Origin: Nocardioides sp.
GTDB taxonomy: Bacteria > Actinomycetota > Actinomycetes > Propionibacteriales > Nocardioidaceae
Direction of reading: 5' to 3'
Assembly: GCA_049841015.1 (NCBI GenBank)
Contig: JASGIN010000014.1
Span: forward strand, 517,148-581,147
DNA length: 64,000 nucleotides
Shown here: positions 1 to 9,325 of the stretch, piece by piece
Layout: every line of letters starts with the position of its first letter
Numbering within the stretch: position 1 is the stretch's first letter
Program-made: the position numbers and the translations under genes
The notes under the pieces: generated by a model
Databases searched by the model: none
The model's input: the letters and a program-made list of their open reading frames with translations, nothing else
What the model was told of the DNA's origin: nothing

Positions 1-1
1 C

Positions 2-790
2 TCGTTCGAGCTGTACGCCAACATCCGGCCCAGCCGGAACCGCCCCGGAGTTCCGAGCCTGGTCAGTGGCGTGGACATCGTGACGGTGCGCGAGAACACC
101 GAGGGCTTCTACGCGGACCGCAACATGGTGCGGGGCAGTGGCGAGTTCATGCCGAGCGAGGACGTCGCGCTGGTCGTCGGCGTCTTCACCAGACGCGCGA
201 TCGAGCGCATCGCCCGGACGGCGTTCGAGCTGGCGTCGACGCGGCGCAAGAAGGTCGTGGCCGTGCACAAGGGCAACGTCGTCCCGATGGCGTTCGGGCT
301 CATGCTCGACGTGTGCCGTGAGGTGGGCTCGGAGTTCCCCGGTGTCGAGTTCAGCGACTGCCTGTTCGACGCGATGACCGCGCACCTCGTCCGGCACCCG
401 CAGGACTACGACGTGATCGTGACCGAGAACATGTTCGGCGACGTCCTCTCGGACCTCACCGGTGAGCTGGTGGGCTCCCTGGGACTGTCGGCGTCCCTCA
501 ACTGCAGCGAGACCCACGCGATGTCGCAGGCCGCTCACGGCTCGGCCCCGGACATCGCCGGGCAGGGCAAGGCCAACCCGATCGGCCTGATCCTGTCCAA
601 CGCGATGCTCCTGGACTGGCTGGGTCAGCGGCACGAGAGCCCGCAGCTCGTCGACGCGGCGCGCCGCATCGACGCCGCCATCGACCGGGTACTGGCCGAC
701 GGGCCGCGGACGCCGGACATGGGCGGCTCTGCGACGACGGACGAGTTCACCGGCGCGGTCGTGGAGGCCGTCGGCTCGGAGGCCGGATGA
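2..790 (+). CDS. Isocitrate/isopropylmalate/tartrate dehydrogenase family protein (5' end truncated by the window edge)
   Basis: Frame is open from base 2 (SFELYANIRP...). Family motifs RENTEG, HKGNV, YDVIVTENMFGDVLSD and HGSAPDIAGQGKANP are present. Confidence 0.9.
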   Translation, partial: SFELYANIRPSRNRPGVPSLVSGVDIVTVRENTEGFYADRNMVRGSGEFMPSEDVALVVGVFTRRAIERIARTAFELASTRRKKVVAVHKGNVVPMAFGLMLDVCREVGSEFPGVEFSDCLFDAMTAHLVRHPQDYDVIVTENMFGDVLSDLTGELVGSLGLSASLNCSETHAMSQAAHGSAPDIAGQGKANPIGLILSNAMLLDWLGQRHESPQLVDAARRIDAAIDRVLADGPRTPDMGGSATTDEFTGAVVEAVGSEAG

Positions 791-1806
791 GCGACGGCTC
801 ACAGACGGCCCATGTCTACGTCCCTCAGGAGCTGCACCCGGACGCGATGGCCCTCCTGGACGACGCCGGCGTGGTCGTCCACCGGGGCTTCGGCGCGGAT
901 GCGGAGGCTGAGGCGGAGATCGCACCGCTGCTGGATGCGGTCGTGGTCCGTCATCACGGGGTCTCGGCCGCGACGATCGCCGGCGCGCCGCGTCTGAAGG
1001 TCGTGGCCAGGGCCGGTGTGGGCTTCGAGAACATCCCCATCGACGAGGCGCGCCAGCGCGGCATCCCGGTCTACATCACCCCGGGCGCGAACTCGCGCTC
1101 CGTCGCCGAGCACGCCCTCGCGCTCATCCTCGCCCTGCTCAAGGACATCGTGCGCTGGGACCGCCTGACACGCGAGCGACCGGACGACCTCTACCAGGTG
1201 CGGGAGCGGGGCCTGGCTCCGATGCTCACCGGGGCGCGGCTCGGGCTGATCGGCGTGGGTGGCATCGGCACGGAGCTCGCCCGCATCGGGACCCGAGGGT
1301 TCGCGATGGACGTCCTCGGCTACCACCCCACGCGTTCGGAGCACCCCATCCAGGCGCTGGGTGTTCAGCTGACGTCGTCTCTTCCCCAGCTGCTGGGATG
1401 GGCCGACATCGTCAGCATCCAGGTGCCGCTCACCGAAGCGACGACCGGACTCCTCGGCGCCGAGGAGTTCGCGCTGATGCAGCCCCACAGCCTGCTGATC
1501 AACGTCGCGCGCGGCGAGCTGATCGACGAGAAGGCTCTGGCGGTCGCCCTCGAGCGCGGTCGCCCGGGCGGCGCGGGCATCGACGTCTGGCACGACAGCG
1601 TCCCGGCGCGTGACCACCCGCTGCTCGCCTCCAGCAAGACCGTCTGCACCCCACACCGCGCCGGCCGCACCGAGGACGCCCAGCGCGCTCTGGGCGTCCT
1701 CGCCGTCACGGCGGCACTCGACGTGCTCGCCGGGCGGACGCCGACCCGCGTCCGCGACATCACGGCCGTGCCGGCCCCTGCCAACTCCCCCAGGAGGGAA
1801 CGATGA
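787..1806 (+). CDS. D-isomer-specific 2-hydroxyacid dehydrogenase (SerA/hydroxypyruvate reductase-like)
   Basis: RAGVGFENI, GLIGVGGIG Rossmann motif, LINVARGELIDE, GIDVW and catalytic TPHRAG. ATGA overlap with the upstream gene. Confidence 0.9.
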   Translation: MSDGSQTAHVYVPQELHPDAMALLDDAGVVVHRGFGADAEAEAEIAPLLDAVVVRHHGVSAATIAGAPRLKVVARAGVGFENIPIDEARQRGIPVYITPGANSRSVAEHALALILALLKDIVRWDRLTRERPDDLYQVRERGLAPMLTGARLGLIGVGGIGTELARIGTRGFAMDVLGYHPTRSEHPIQALGVQLTSSLPQLLGWADIVSIQVPLTEATTGLLGAEEFALMQPHSLLINVARGELIDEKALAVALERGRPGGAGIDVWHDSVPARDHPLLASSKTVCTPHRAGRTEDAQRALGVLAVTAALDVLAGRTPTRVRDITAVPAPANSPRRER

Positions 1807-2693
1807 ACACGATCCAGATCGAAGGCGTCTCGGGAATCCTCGTCACGCCGTTCGACGACCAGCTCCAGGTCGACCACGCGTCGCTGGCCACGCTCGCCCG
1901 CGGGATGGACGAGGCGGGGATCGACTCCGTCGTGTCCTGCGGTGGGCTGGCGGAGTACTACGCCCTCACCGGGGAGGAGCGGCTCGCGATCACGCGGACG
2001 ATGGTCGCCTCGGTCTCGCGCGCGGTCACCCTGGCGGCCGTAGGGCTCGGTCTGGAGAACGCCGTGAGTGAGGCCCGAGCGGCGGTCGACGCCGGGGCTG
2101 ACGGCATCCTGGTCCACCCGACCGTGCACCCGTACGTGCACGAGGAGGGGCTGGTCGACTACTACCGCGCGATCACCGACGCGGTCGACGTCCCGATCGT
2201 GGCCTACGTCCGCGACCCGGCCCTGGACGACTCCGCGGTGCTCGCGCTGGCCGACCTCCCGAGCGTCGTGGCGATCAAGTACGCCGTCAACGACCTCCGC
2301 CGGTTCGCCGACCTGGTCGAGGCGAGCCAGGGCGCCACGGCCTGGATGTGTGGAACCGCCGAGACCTGGGCGCCGTACTTCTGGCAGGCCGGGGCGGTGG
2401 GGTACACCTCGGGGATCGCCAACTTCGCGCCGACCGCGACCGTCCGACTGCGCGACGCCCTGCACGGCAACCTCGAGGTCGCCGGCCTGCGCGAGCTCTG
2501 GGCGCCGATGCGGCACTTCGAGGCCATCCGCTTCCGCCGGCACGACCGGGACAGCATCCCGGTGGTCAAGACCGCGGTCGCCGCCGTGGGCGTCGGGTCG
2601 GACGACGTGCGTCCCCCGATGCGCCGGCTGGACGACGCCACCCGGGCCGAGATCCACACGCTGCTGGAGGACTGGGACGTCCTCCCCGCCTGA
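1803..2693 (+). CDS. DapA/class I aldolase family protein (keto-deoxy sugar acid aldolase/dehydratase-like)
   Basis: ILVTPFDD at the N-terminus, CGGLAEYY in place of GxxGE, Schiff-base Lys in IKYAVND, GAVGYTSGIANFAP. GGAGGG RBS. Confidence 0.85.
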   Translation: MNTIQIEGVSGILVTPFDDQLQVDHASLATLARGMDEAGIDSVVSCGGLAEYYALTGEERLAITRTMVASVSRAVTLAAVGLGLENAVSEARAAVDAGADGILVHPTVHPYVHEEGLVDYYRAITDAVDVPIVAYVRDPALDDSAVLALADLPSVVAIKYAVNDLRRFADLVEASQGATAWMCGTAETWAPYFWQAGAVGYTSGIANFAPTATVRLRDALHGNLEVAGLRELWAPMRHFEAIRFRRHDRDSIPVVKTAVAAVGVGSDDVRPPMRRLDDATRAEIHTLLEDWDVLPA

Positions 2694-2744
2694 CCTGTCC
2701 ACGACCGACTCGCGCCACCCACTCGCACACCTCAGGAGAACACC

Positions 2745-3539
2745 GTGACCACCGCCACCACCCTCGACCGGGCAGGCATCGCCGCCCTCATCGTCCGCTC
2801 GCAGCAGGGCGAGACCCTCGACGACCAGGAGCTCGCGGAGCTGGACGGCTGGGGCACCGCCCACCCGGAGGAGGGCGAGCAGCTCTCGTGCAGCGTCATG
2901 GGTCGGTGGACCGACCTCGGCGAGCGCGTCGGGGCCTGGAAGATCGCCTGGACCTCCCGAGCGGCGCGAGACAGCGGTGGCCCCGGCTACCGACCGTTCG
3001 GGTACATCCTCGACAGCCGCATCCTCGACTCCGGGGCGTCGGTCCCGCTCGACTCGATCGTGAAGTGCGCGCTGGAGCCCGAGCTGTGCCTGACGATGGG
3101 CGACCGGCTGAGCGGTCCCGACGTGACCCCGGAGGAAGCGAGGGCCGCGGTCCGCTCGGCCCGCGCCTCGTTCGAGATCAACACCGGGCACCTGCCGACC
3201 ACGTTGCCCCGGGCGATCTCGATCGGGAACTCCATGACCAACTGGGGGCTGGTGCTCGGCCCCGAGCACGACCTGGACGTGCCCCTGGACTCGATCACCG
3301 TCACGCTGACCCGTGACGACGAGGAGATCGGGTCGGCTCCGACGTCCCTCGAGATCGTCGACGATCCCTTCGTCTCCCTGGCCCGGGTGGCCGCGGTCTT
3401 CCACCGCAACGGGCTGAGCCTCGAGCCCGGGCAGTCGATCATCACCGGCGCCATCCTCGCCAGGGAGCCGGTCGAGAAGCCCGGCAGGTACGCCGCCGAG
3501 TTCGGTCCTCTGGGCGGCGTCAGCCTGACCCTGACCTGA
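2745..3539 (+). CDS. 2-keto-4-pentenoate hydratase/4-oxalocrotonate decarboxylase-like protein (FAH superfamily)
   Basis: GAWKIAWTS, EPE metal motif (ALEPELC), FEI, and C-terminal LEPGQSIITGA...AEFGPLGGV. AGGAG RBS. Confidence 0.75.
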   Translation: MTTATTLDRAGIAALIVRSQQGETLDDQELAELDGWGTAHPEEGEQLSCSVMGRWTDLGERVGAWKIAWTSRAARDSGGPGYRPFGYILDSRILDSGASVPLDSIVKCALEPELCLTMGDRLSGPDVTPEEARAAVRSARASFEINTGHLPTTLPRAISIGNSMTNWGLVLGPEHDLDVPLDSITVTLTRDDEEIGSAPTSLEIVDDPFVSLARVAAVFHRNGLSLEPGQSIITGAILAREPVEKPGRYAAEFGPLGGVSLTLT

Positions 3540-3597
3540 CGACTCACGACAACGTCGGCCCGAGAGGAGCATCGTCATCTCCACGAACGGCCTGCTC

Positions 3598-4566
3598 GTG
3601 CTCGCGACCGCCGTTGCCCTGGTCGCGATCTTCGCCGCCGACCTCTGGCTCGTGGGCCGTCGCTCCGCGCCGGTCGGCATGGGTGAGGCGATGCGCTGGG
3701 TCGCCGTGTACGTGTCGCTCGCCCTGGTGTTCGCGGGCGGGTTGATGCTGGCCAAGGGAGCCGGCTACGGCAGTCCGTTCCTCTCGGGCTATGTCACGGA
3801 GTACAGCCTGAGCTTCGACAACCTGTTCGTCTTCAGCCTGATCATCCGGCGGTTCGAGGTACCGGCGATCGCCGTGGACCGCCTGCTGTCGGTGGGCATC
3901 TTGATGTCCCTCGCTCTGCGGGGCGCCTTGATCGCCGTCGGAGCGGTGGCCCTGGCCCGTGCCGACTGGATGTTCTACCCGCTCGGGGCGTTCCTGGTGA
4001 TCACCGCCGTCCGACTGGTCGGTGCCCGTGGCGACGATCCGGAGGATCCGGGCGAGAGCAGGGTCATCCGGCTCGCAGCCAGGGTGGTGCCGGTCCAGGC
4101 GGAGTACGACGGTCGGCGCATCGCGGTCCGGCACGGTCGTCGCGTGGTGCTGACTCCACTCGCCGTCGTGGTGGCGGCGATCGCCGTGGCGAATCTGGTC
4201 TTCGCCCTCGACTCCATCCCCGCGATCTTCGGCCTGACCCAGAACGGCTTCCTGGTCTTCACGGCGAACGCCTTCGCCATGCTGGGACTGCGGCAGCTCT
4301 ACTTCGTCCTCGACGGGCTCCTCGGCCGGCTGGGTCATCTGGACGTGGGTCTGGCGGCCATCCTCGCCTTCATCGGCGCGAAGCTGATCCTCGAGGCGCT
4401 CGCGGACTCGGGACTGCGGGTGTGGGCGATCGGCTCCCTGACCTCTCTGCTCGTGGTGATCGGCATCCTCGCCGTCACCGTCCTGTTCAGCCTGCTGCGA
4501 CCGTCACGACCACTCGACGACGAGTCACCCGTGGGCATCCACGCACAGAAGGAGACGTCGTCATGA
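3598..4566 (+). CDS. TerC/Alx family integral membrane protein
   Basis: TEYSLSFDNLFVF, LVFALDSIPAIF and TANAFAMLGLRQLYF motifs, several hydrophobic segments. The true start may lie slightly upstream. Confidence 0.9.
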   Translation: MLATAVALVAIFAADLWLVGRRSAPVGMGEAMRWVAVYVSLALVFAGGLMLAKGAGYGSPFLSGYVTEYSLSFDNLFVFSLIIRRFEVPAIAVDRLLSVGILMSLALRGALIAVGAVALARADWMFYPLGAFLVITAVRLVGARGDDPEDPGESRVIRLAARVVPVQAEYDGRRIAVRHGRRVVLTPLAVVVAAIAVANLVFALDSIPAIFGLTQNGFLVFTANAFAMLGLRQLYFVLDGLLGRLGHLDVGLAAILAFIGAKLILEALADSGLRVWAIGSLTSLLVVIGILAVTVLFSLLRPSRPLDDESPVGIHAQKETSS

Positions 4567-5450
4567 CGAATGTCGGATTCATCGGCCTGGGAATCATGGG
4601 CGGTCCGATGGCCCTCAACCTGGCCCGAGCGGGTCACGCGGTGCGCGCCCACAACCGCTCGCGGCCGCGCATGGCCGAAGTGCTGGTCTCCGCCGGAGTC
4701 GAGCTCGTCGACGGCGCGGCGGAGGCGGTGCAGGGGGCCGAGGTGGTGGTGACGATGCTGCCGGACTCGCCCGACGTCGTCGCCGTCCTGCGTGGCGCAG
4801 TGTTCGACGCGGCCGAGCCGGGGACGGTGGTCGTGGACTGCTCGACGATCCGGCCGGACGTGAGCAGGGAGCTGGCGGCCGAGGCGGACCGACGCGGCCT
4901 CGGGCTGGTCGACGCCCCTGTCTCGGGGGGCGAGCAGGGCGCCATCGACGCGACGCTGTCGATCATGGTCGGAGGAAGTGCCGGCCACGTGCAGCGGGTT
5001 CGAGAGGTGCTGGACGCGATGGGCTCCACGGTCGTGCACGTCGGTGAGAGCGGCTCCGGCCAGACCGTCAAGGCGGCCAACCAGCTCATCGTCGCCGGCA
5101 ACATCGCGCTGCTCGCCGAGGCGCTGGTGTTCCTCGACGCACAGCAGGTCGATCTCGATCGTGCCCTCACGGTGCTCCAAGGCGGCCTCGCCGGCAGCAC
5201 CGTGATGGCGCGCAAGTCACCGGGCATGGTGGCCCACACCTTCACGCCCGGGTTCCGCGCCGAGCTGCACCACAAGGATCTCGGCATCTTCACGGCGGCC
5301 GCGCGCGAGGTCGGCGTCGTGACCCCTGTCGGGAGCCTGGTGGCGAACCTGGTGGCGTCGCTGGTGGCCCAGGGCCGCGGCGGCCTCGACCACTCGGCCC
5401 TTCTCCTGGCCGTCGAGCAGCTCTCGGGTCGCACCCGAGAGGACACGTGA
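4563..5450 (+). CDS. 2-hydroxy-3-oxopropionate (tartronate semialdehyde) reductase, GarR/GlxR family
   Basis: GFIGLGIMGGPMA, DAPVSGGEQGA, GQTVKAANQ, FTPGFRAELHHKDL. Start set at ATG 4563 after the AAGGAG RBS. Confidence 0.9.
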   Translation: MTNVGFIGLGIMGGPMALNLARAGHAVRAHNRSRPRMAEVLVSAGVELVDGAAEAVQGAEVVVTMLPDSPDVVAVLRGAVFDAAEPGTVVVDCSTIRPDVSRELAAEADRRGLGLVDAPVSGGEQGAIDATLSIMVGGSAGHVQRVREVLDAMGSTVVHVGESGSGQTVKAANQLIVAGNIALLAEALVFLDAQQVDLDRALTVLQGGLAGSTVMARKSPGMVAHTFTPGFRAELHHKDLGIFTAAAREVGVVTPVGSLVANLVASLVAQGRGGLDHSALLLAVEQLSGRTREDT

Positions 5451-6658
5451 CCAGCAGGCCGCGGGTCGTGGTGGCGCCCGACAAGTTCCGCGGGAGCCTC
5501 TCCGCCGAGGATGTCGGCCGGCACGTGGCCGCCGGCCTCCTGGTCGCCCGGCCCGACCTGGCCGTCGAGATCGTTCCGATCGCCGACGGCGGCGAAGGCA
5601 CCCTCGCGGCGGCGCTCCGAGCGGGCTTCGAGCCTCGCCGGGTGCCCGCCCACGGCCCGACGGGAGAGGCGGTCGTCGGAACGTACGCCGTGCGCGACGG
5701 CGTCGCCGTCGTCGAGCTGGCGGCGGTGGCCGGGCTCGACCGACTGCCCGGCGCCGAGCGGTCCCCGCTCGTGGCCACGAGCCGCGGTGCGGGGGACCTG
5801 GTGGCCGCGGCCCTGAGCGAGGGATGTCGCCGCGTCGTCCTGGGTGTCGGGGGGAGCGCCAGCACCGACGGGGGAGCAGGACTGCTGCGCGGGCTCGGGG
5901 CCCGGCTGCTCGACGAGCACGGCCGCGAGGTTCCCGACGGCGGGGGATCGCTGTCGCTCGTCCGCCGGCTGGATCTCACCGGCCTGCACCCCGCGACGCT
6001 GCAGACCGAGATCGTCCTCGCCTCGGACGTCGACAACGTGCTGCTGGGCTCCTCCGGTGCGGCCCGGATCTACGGGCCGCAGAAGGGGGCGGACCCCGAG
6101 CAGGTGGCGACGCTCGAGGCCGGGCTGTCGCACTGGGTCGAGGTCGTGCGTGAGGCTGTCGGAGAGGCGGATCCGGACGCGCCCGGGGCCGGAGCGGCCG
6201 GGGGCGTCGGGTTCGCGGCGATCGCCGTGTGCGGTGCCGTGGTCGTCCCGGGGATCGACGTGGTGATGCGCCTCCTGGGTGTGCGTGACCGGTTGGCCGG
6301 CGCGGCGCTGGTGGTCACGGGGGAGGGCTCGCTGGACGGACAGAGCCTGCGCGGGAAGGCGACCGCCGGGATCGCCGCCGCTGCGCGAGCGTTCGGCGTT
6401 CGGGCCGTGGCGGTGGCCGGACAGTCGAGCCTGTCCGAGGAGGTGGCGTCCTCGTCGGGCTTCTGGGAGGTCTACCCGCTGACGGCGTGGGCGCGGTCGC
6501 TGGCCGAGTGCTTCGAGCGACCCGGCGAGCTGTTGGAGGAGATCGGGGAGCGCATCGCGCACGAGTGCCTGGTCGAGCCCCCAGCCTCGCTCACTCCGGA
6601 GTCGGGGACGCCGGCTCCTCACCGCCCGCGGCGGACGCCTGGGACTCCAGATGGGTGA
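5447..6658 (+). CDS. Glycerate kinase (GlxK/GarK family)
   Basis: VVAPDKFRGSL, PIADGGEGT, GGSASTDGGAG, GAGAAGG, TGEGSLDGQSLRGK. The C-terminal tail overlaps the convergent GntR gene by 68 bp. Confidence 0.92.
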   Translation: MTSRPRVVVAPDKFRGSLSAEDVGRHVAAGLLVARPDLAVEIVPIADGGEGTLAAALRAGFEPRRVPAHGPTGEAVVGTYAVRDGVAVVELAAVAGLDRLPGAERSPLVATSRGAGDLVAAALSEGCRRVVLGVGGSASTDGGAGLLRGLGARLLDEHGREVPDGGGSLSLVRRLDLTGLHPATLQTEIVLASDVDNVLLGSSGAARIYGPQKGADPEQVATLEAGLSHWVEVVREAVGEADPDAPGAGAAGGVGFAAIAVCGAVVVPGIDVVMRLLGVRDRLAGAALVVTGEGSLDGQSLRGKATAGIAAAARAFGVRAVAVAGQSSLSEEVASSSGFWEVYPLTAWARSLAECFERPGELLEEIGERIAHECLVEPPASLTPESGTPAPHRPRRTPGTPDG

Positions 6659-7283
6659 CCAGACGGTCACGTGCCTCGGTGAGGTGGCGGACGGACAGGT
6701 CGCCGGAGGTGTCGACGTCGCCGTCGAGGATCGCCTCCAGGATGGCGGCGTGCTCGTCGGCGATGACGTCCTGGTGCAGGAGGTGGTGGACCTGCACCTG
6801 GGCCATGCCGAGGTGTGCTTCGCCGATGACCGCGTCGTGCAGCCGGGTCATCCGCATGCTGTCGAGCCGCGAGACCAGGATCCGGTGGAACTCGATGTCC
6901 GAGTCGACCACCTCCATCACACCCTCCGCCTGACGCAGTCGGTCGATGGAGCGCGAGACCCCGGTCAGGTCGATCCGACGCTCGGCCAGGGCGATGGCGG
7001 CGGAGCGCTCGACGATGCTGCGCGTCCAGTAGAGGTCACGGATGTCGTCGGCGTCGAGGAGGGGCACCCGGGCGGTCTTGTTCAGCGTGCGTCGCAGGAG
7101 ACCCGCCCGCACGAGCTGCTCGATGGCGGCCTTGGCGGTCGGCCGCGCGATCTCGTACTGCTGCGCCACCGCCTCTTCGGTGAGCGAGTCCCCGGGGGCG
7201 AACTCACCGGTGAGGATCGCCCGCTGGAGGGCGTCACGCAGCGCGTCGACCAGGGACCTGGCCTTGAGGACGGTGCCCGCCAT
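6591..7283 (-). CDS. GntR family transcriptional regulator (FadR/FCD type)
   Basis: N-terminal wHTH (ILTGEFAPGDSLTEEAVAQQYEIARPTAKAA), FCD residues DIEFH and EHAAIL...HL. Confidence 0.9.
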   Translation of the reverse strand: MAGTVLKARSLVDALRDALQRAILTGEFAPGDSLTEEAVAQQYEIARPTAKAAIEQLVRAGLLRRTLNKTARVPLLDADDIRDLYWTRSIVERSAAIALAERRIDLTGVSRSIDRLRQAEGVMEVVDSDIEFHRILVSRLDSMRMTRLHDAVIGEAHLGMAQVQVHHLLHQDVIADEHAAILEAILDGDVDTSGDLSVRHLTEARDRLVTHLESQASAAGGEEPASPTPE

Positions 7284-7329
7284 GGCGCGCTCCTCGTTCT
7301 GGATGAGGGTCGCTTCGCGACCGAATGTC

Positions 7330-7346
7330 TAACAGTATAGTTGTTA
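7330..7346 (-). promoter_or_regulatory. gntR promoter -10 (TATACT, minus strand 7339-7334) inside an inverted repeat TAACA-N7-TGTTA; candidate autoregulatory operator
   Basis: AT-rich patch taacagtatagttgtta. The palindrome straddles a consensus -10. The operator role is inference. Confidence 0.5.
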
Positions 7347-7372
7347 TACCGGTGAACAGGAATGGCAATGAG

Positions 7373-7843
7373 CTAGCGGCGTGGTCCGGTCAGGTGCCGC
7401 CGCGTCTGCTGGTTCAGCTCCATGGCGAGTCGCTCGAGCGGGCTCAGTGCCTCGCCGATGGTCACCACGTCGTGCTCCTCCAGCGCATCGAGGCAGCGCG
7501 AGACGATCTGAGCACGCTCCAGCTTCACGCGACGATCGGCGCGGCGGCCCGACGCGGTGGCCTCCAGCAGCGAGCTGCGCTGGTCGTCGGGATCGGCCGA
7601 GCGCTCGACCAGGCCCATGGTCTCGAGCTTGCCCACGACGCGCGACAGCATCGTGGGGTTGATCCCCTCGACCTCGGCGAGGCCGGTGGGGTTCATGGGG
7701 CCGCGAGCGACGAGCAGGCCGAGCACCGACGCCTGGGCGGGGGAGAGCCCGACCGTGGTCGAGCTGGCATTGAGCTGACGTGCGAGGCGCGAGATGGCTC
7801 GTGCCAGGCGGGTGGCGGTGTCGGGGTCCATGAGTGGCGGCAC
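7373..7843 (-). CDS. MarR family transcriptional regulator
   Basis: LSPAQASVLGLL...LAEVEGINPTMLSRVVGKLETMGLVERSADPDDQRS. GTG 7843 follows an AGGAG RBS; ATG 7831 is an alternative start. Confidence 0.9.
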   Translation of the reverse strand: MPPLMDPDTATRLARAISRLARQLNASSTTVGLSPAQASVLGLLVARGPMNPTGLAEVEGINPTMLSRVVGKLETMGLVERSADPDDQRSSLLEATASGRRADRRVKLERAQIVSRCLDALEEHDVVTIGEALSPLERLAMELNQQTRRHLTGPRR

Positions 7844-7860
7844 GGTGACTCCTGGGTGGT

Positions 7861-7885
7861 TGCTTATCGGCAAGCAGTATACGGT
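7861..7885. promoter_or_regulatory. Candidate MarR operator TGCTT-N6-AAGCA (7861-7876) next to the MFS -10 box TACGGT (7880-7885)
   Basis: Palindrome lies in the short gap between the divergent marR and MFS genes. The -10 is 6 nt before GTG 7892, a leaderless arrangement. Confidence 0.5.
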
Positions 7886-7891
7886 GTTCGC

Positions 7892-9280
7892 GTGGTGTCG
7901 GCGGCGACGGGGGAGAATCGAGCGGAGGCTCCTGTCGACGGATCCCGACGGATCGTGATCTTCGGGGTCGTCGCCGTCGCCCTGCTCATGAGCTCGATCG
8001 ACCAGACCATCGTCGCGACCGCTCTTCCGGCCCTGCACCACGATCTCCACGCCCAGGTGAACTGGACGGCCTGGACGATCACGGTCTACGCCCTCGGGCA
8101 GATCGTGATGATGCCGATCGCCGGCGCCCTCGGAGAGCGCTACGGACGCAAGAGCGTGTTTCTGGTCGCCGTCGCGGTCTTCACCCTGGCGTCGCTGCTG
8201 TGCGGACTCTCCGAGAACATCGGGATGCTGGTCGTCCTTCGCGGGTTGCAGGCGATGGGCGGCGGCGCGTTCATGCCCACGGCCACCGGGATCGTGGCGG
8301 GGCTCTTCGGGTCCCAGCGCGACCGTGCGCTCGGACTGTTCGCGAGCATCTTCCCGATCGGGGGCATCCTGGGGCCGGTGCTCGGCGGGGTCTTCGTGAC
8401 CTACCTGTCCTGGCGTTGGATCTTCTTCTTCAACGTGCCGGTCGGGATGGTCCTGCTGGTGGTCGGCGCAGCCTTGATCCCGCACACCCCGGGAGAGACG
8501 ACCGACCCTCTCGACCTGGCCGGGATCGGGCTGCTCGTGCTCACGCTGCTCCCGTTGATGCTCGGTGTCACGGTGCTGGGTGACGGTCGCCCCCGGCTGT
8601 GGCTGGTCGCCGCCGCCCTGGGCCTCGGCAGCGCGGGAGGGGTGCTCTTCGCCCGGCACTGCCGGACGCCGAGCGCGTTCATCCCGTGGTCCTTGCTGGC
8701 CGGCCCGGGTTTCGGCGTGATGAACCTGATCAACCTCTTCTATGGCTCCGTGGCCCTCGGACTCAGCGCGCTCGTCCCGTTGTACGCGCAGCAGAGGTTC
8801 GGCATCCAGACCCTGCGAGCGGGCTCGCTGCTGACGGCTCGCGCGGTGGGCATGATGCTGGCCGCAGCCGTGGCGGTGCTGCTGCTGCGCCGGTTCGGCT
8901 ACCGACGCCCGATGCTGCTCGGGATGTCGCTCGTGGTCCTCGGTCTGGCCGGGATGGCGGTGGGGCCATGGTGGGTCGGGCCGTACCTCTGGCTGGGTGT
9001 CACCGCAGCCGTCACGGGAGTCGGCATGGGGATCGCCGTGCCCGCCTCCAACAACGCGACCCTGCAGCTGGCGCCCGAGCGCTCGGCGACGGTCGCGGGT
9101 CTGCGTGGCATGTTCCGCCAGTTCGGGTCGATCGTCAGCATCTCGATCGTCACCACGACCCTGGCGACCTCGTCGGACCCGGGTGTGACCCAGGCACACC
9201 TGATCCTGGGCTTCTGCGTGGTCCTGGTGCTCTCGCTTCCCCTGATCTCCCGTGTGCCGGACCACCGGGGGGCCTGGTGA
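7892..9280 (+). CDS. MFS drug/H+ antiporter, DHA2 (EmrB/QacA) family
   Basis: SSIDQTIVATALP, GERYGRKSVF (motif A), RGLQAMGGG, GPVLGG (motif C), WRWIFFFNVPVG. The ORF-track extension back to 7325 is not supported. Confidence 0.9.
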   Translation: MVSAATGENRAEAPVDGSRRIVIFGVVAVALLMSSIDQTIVATALPALHHDLHAQVNWTAWTITVYALGQIVMMPIAGALGERYGRKSVFLVAVAVFTLASLLCGLSENIGMLVVLRGLQAMGGGAFMPTATGIVAGLFGSQRDRALGLFASIFPIGGILGPVLGGVFVTYLSWRWIFFFNVPVGMVLLVVGAALIPHTPGETTDPLDLAGIGLLVLTLLPLMLGVTVLGDGRPRLWLVAAALGLGSAGGVLFARHCRTPSAFIPWSLLAGPGFGVMNLINLFYGSVALGLSALVPLYAQQRFGIQTLRAGSLLTARAVGMMLAAAVAVLLLRRFGYRRPMLLGMSLVVLGLAGMAVGPWWVGPYLWLGVTAAVTGVGMGIAVPASNNATLQLAPERSATVAGLRGMFRQFGSIVSISIVTTTLATSSDPGVTQAHLILGFCVVLVLSLPLISRVPDHRGAW

Positions 9281-9325
9281 TCGTGTGGCCACACGTCGTC
9301 GACGAGGAGAGGTAGGTGCGGGATC

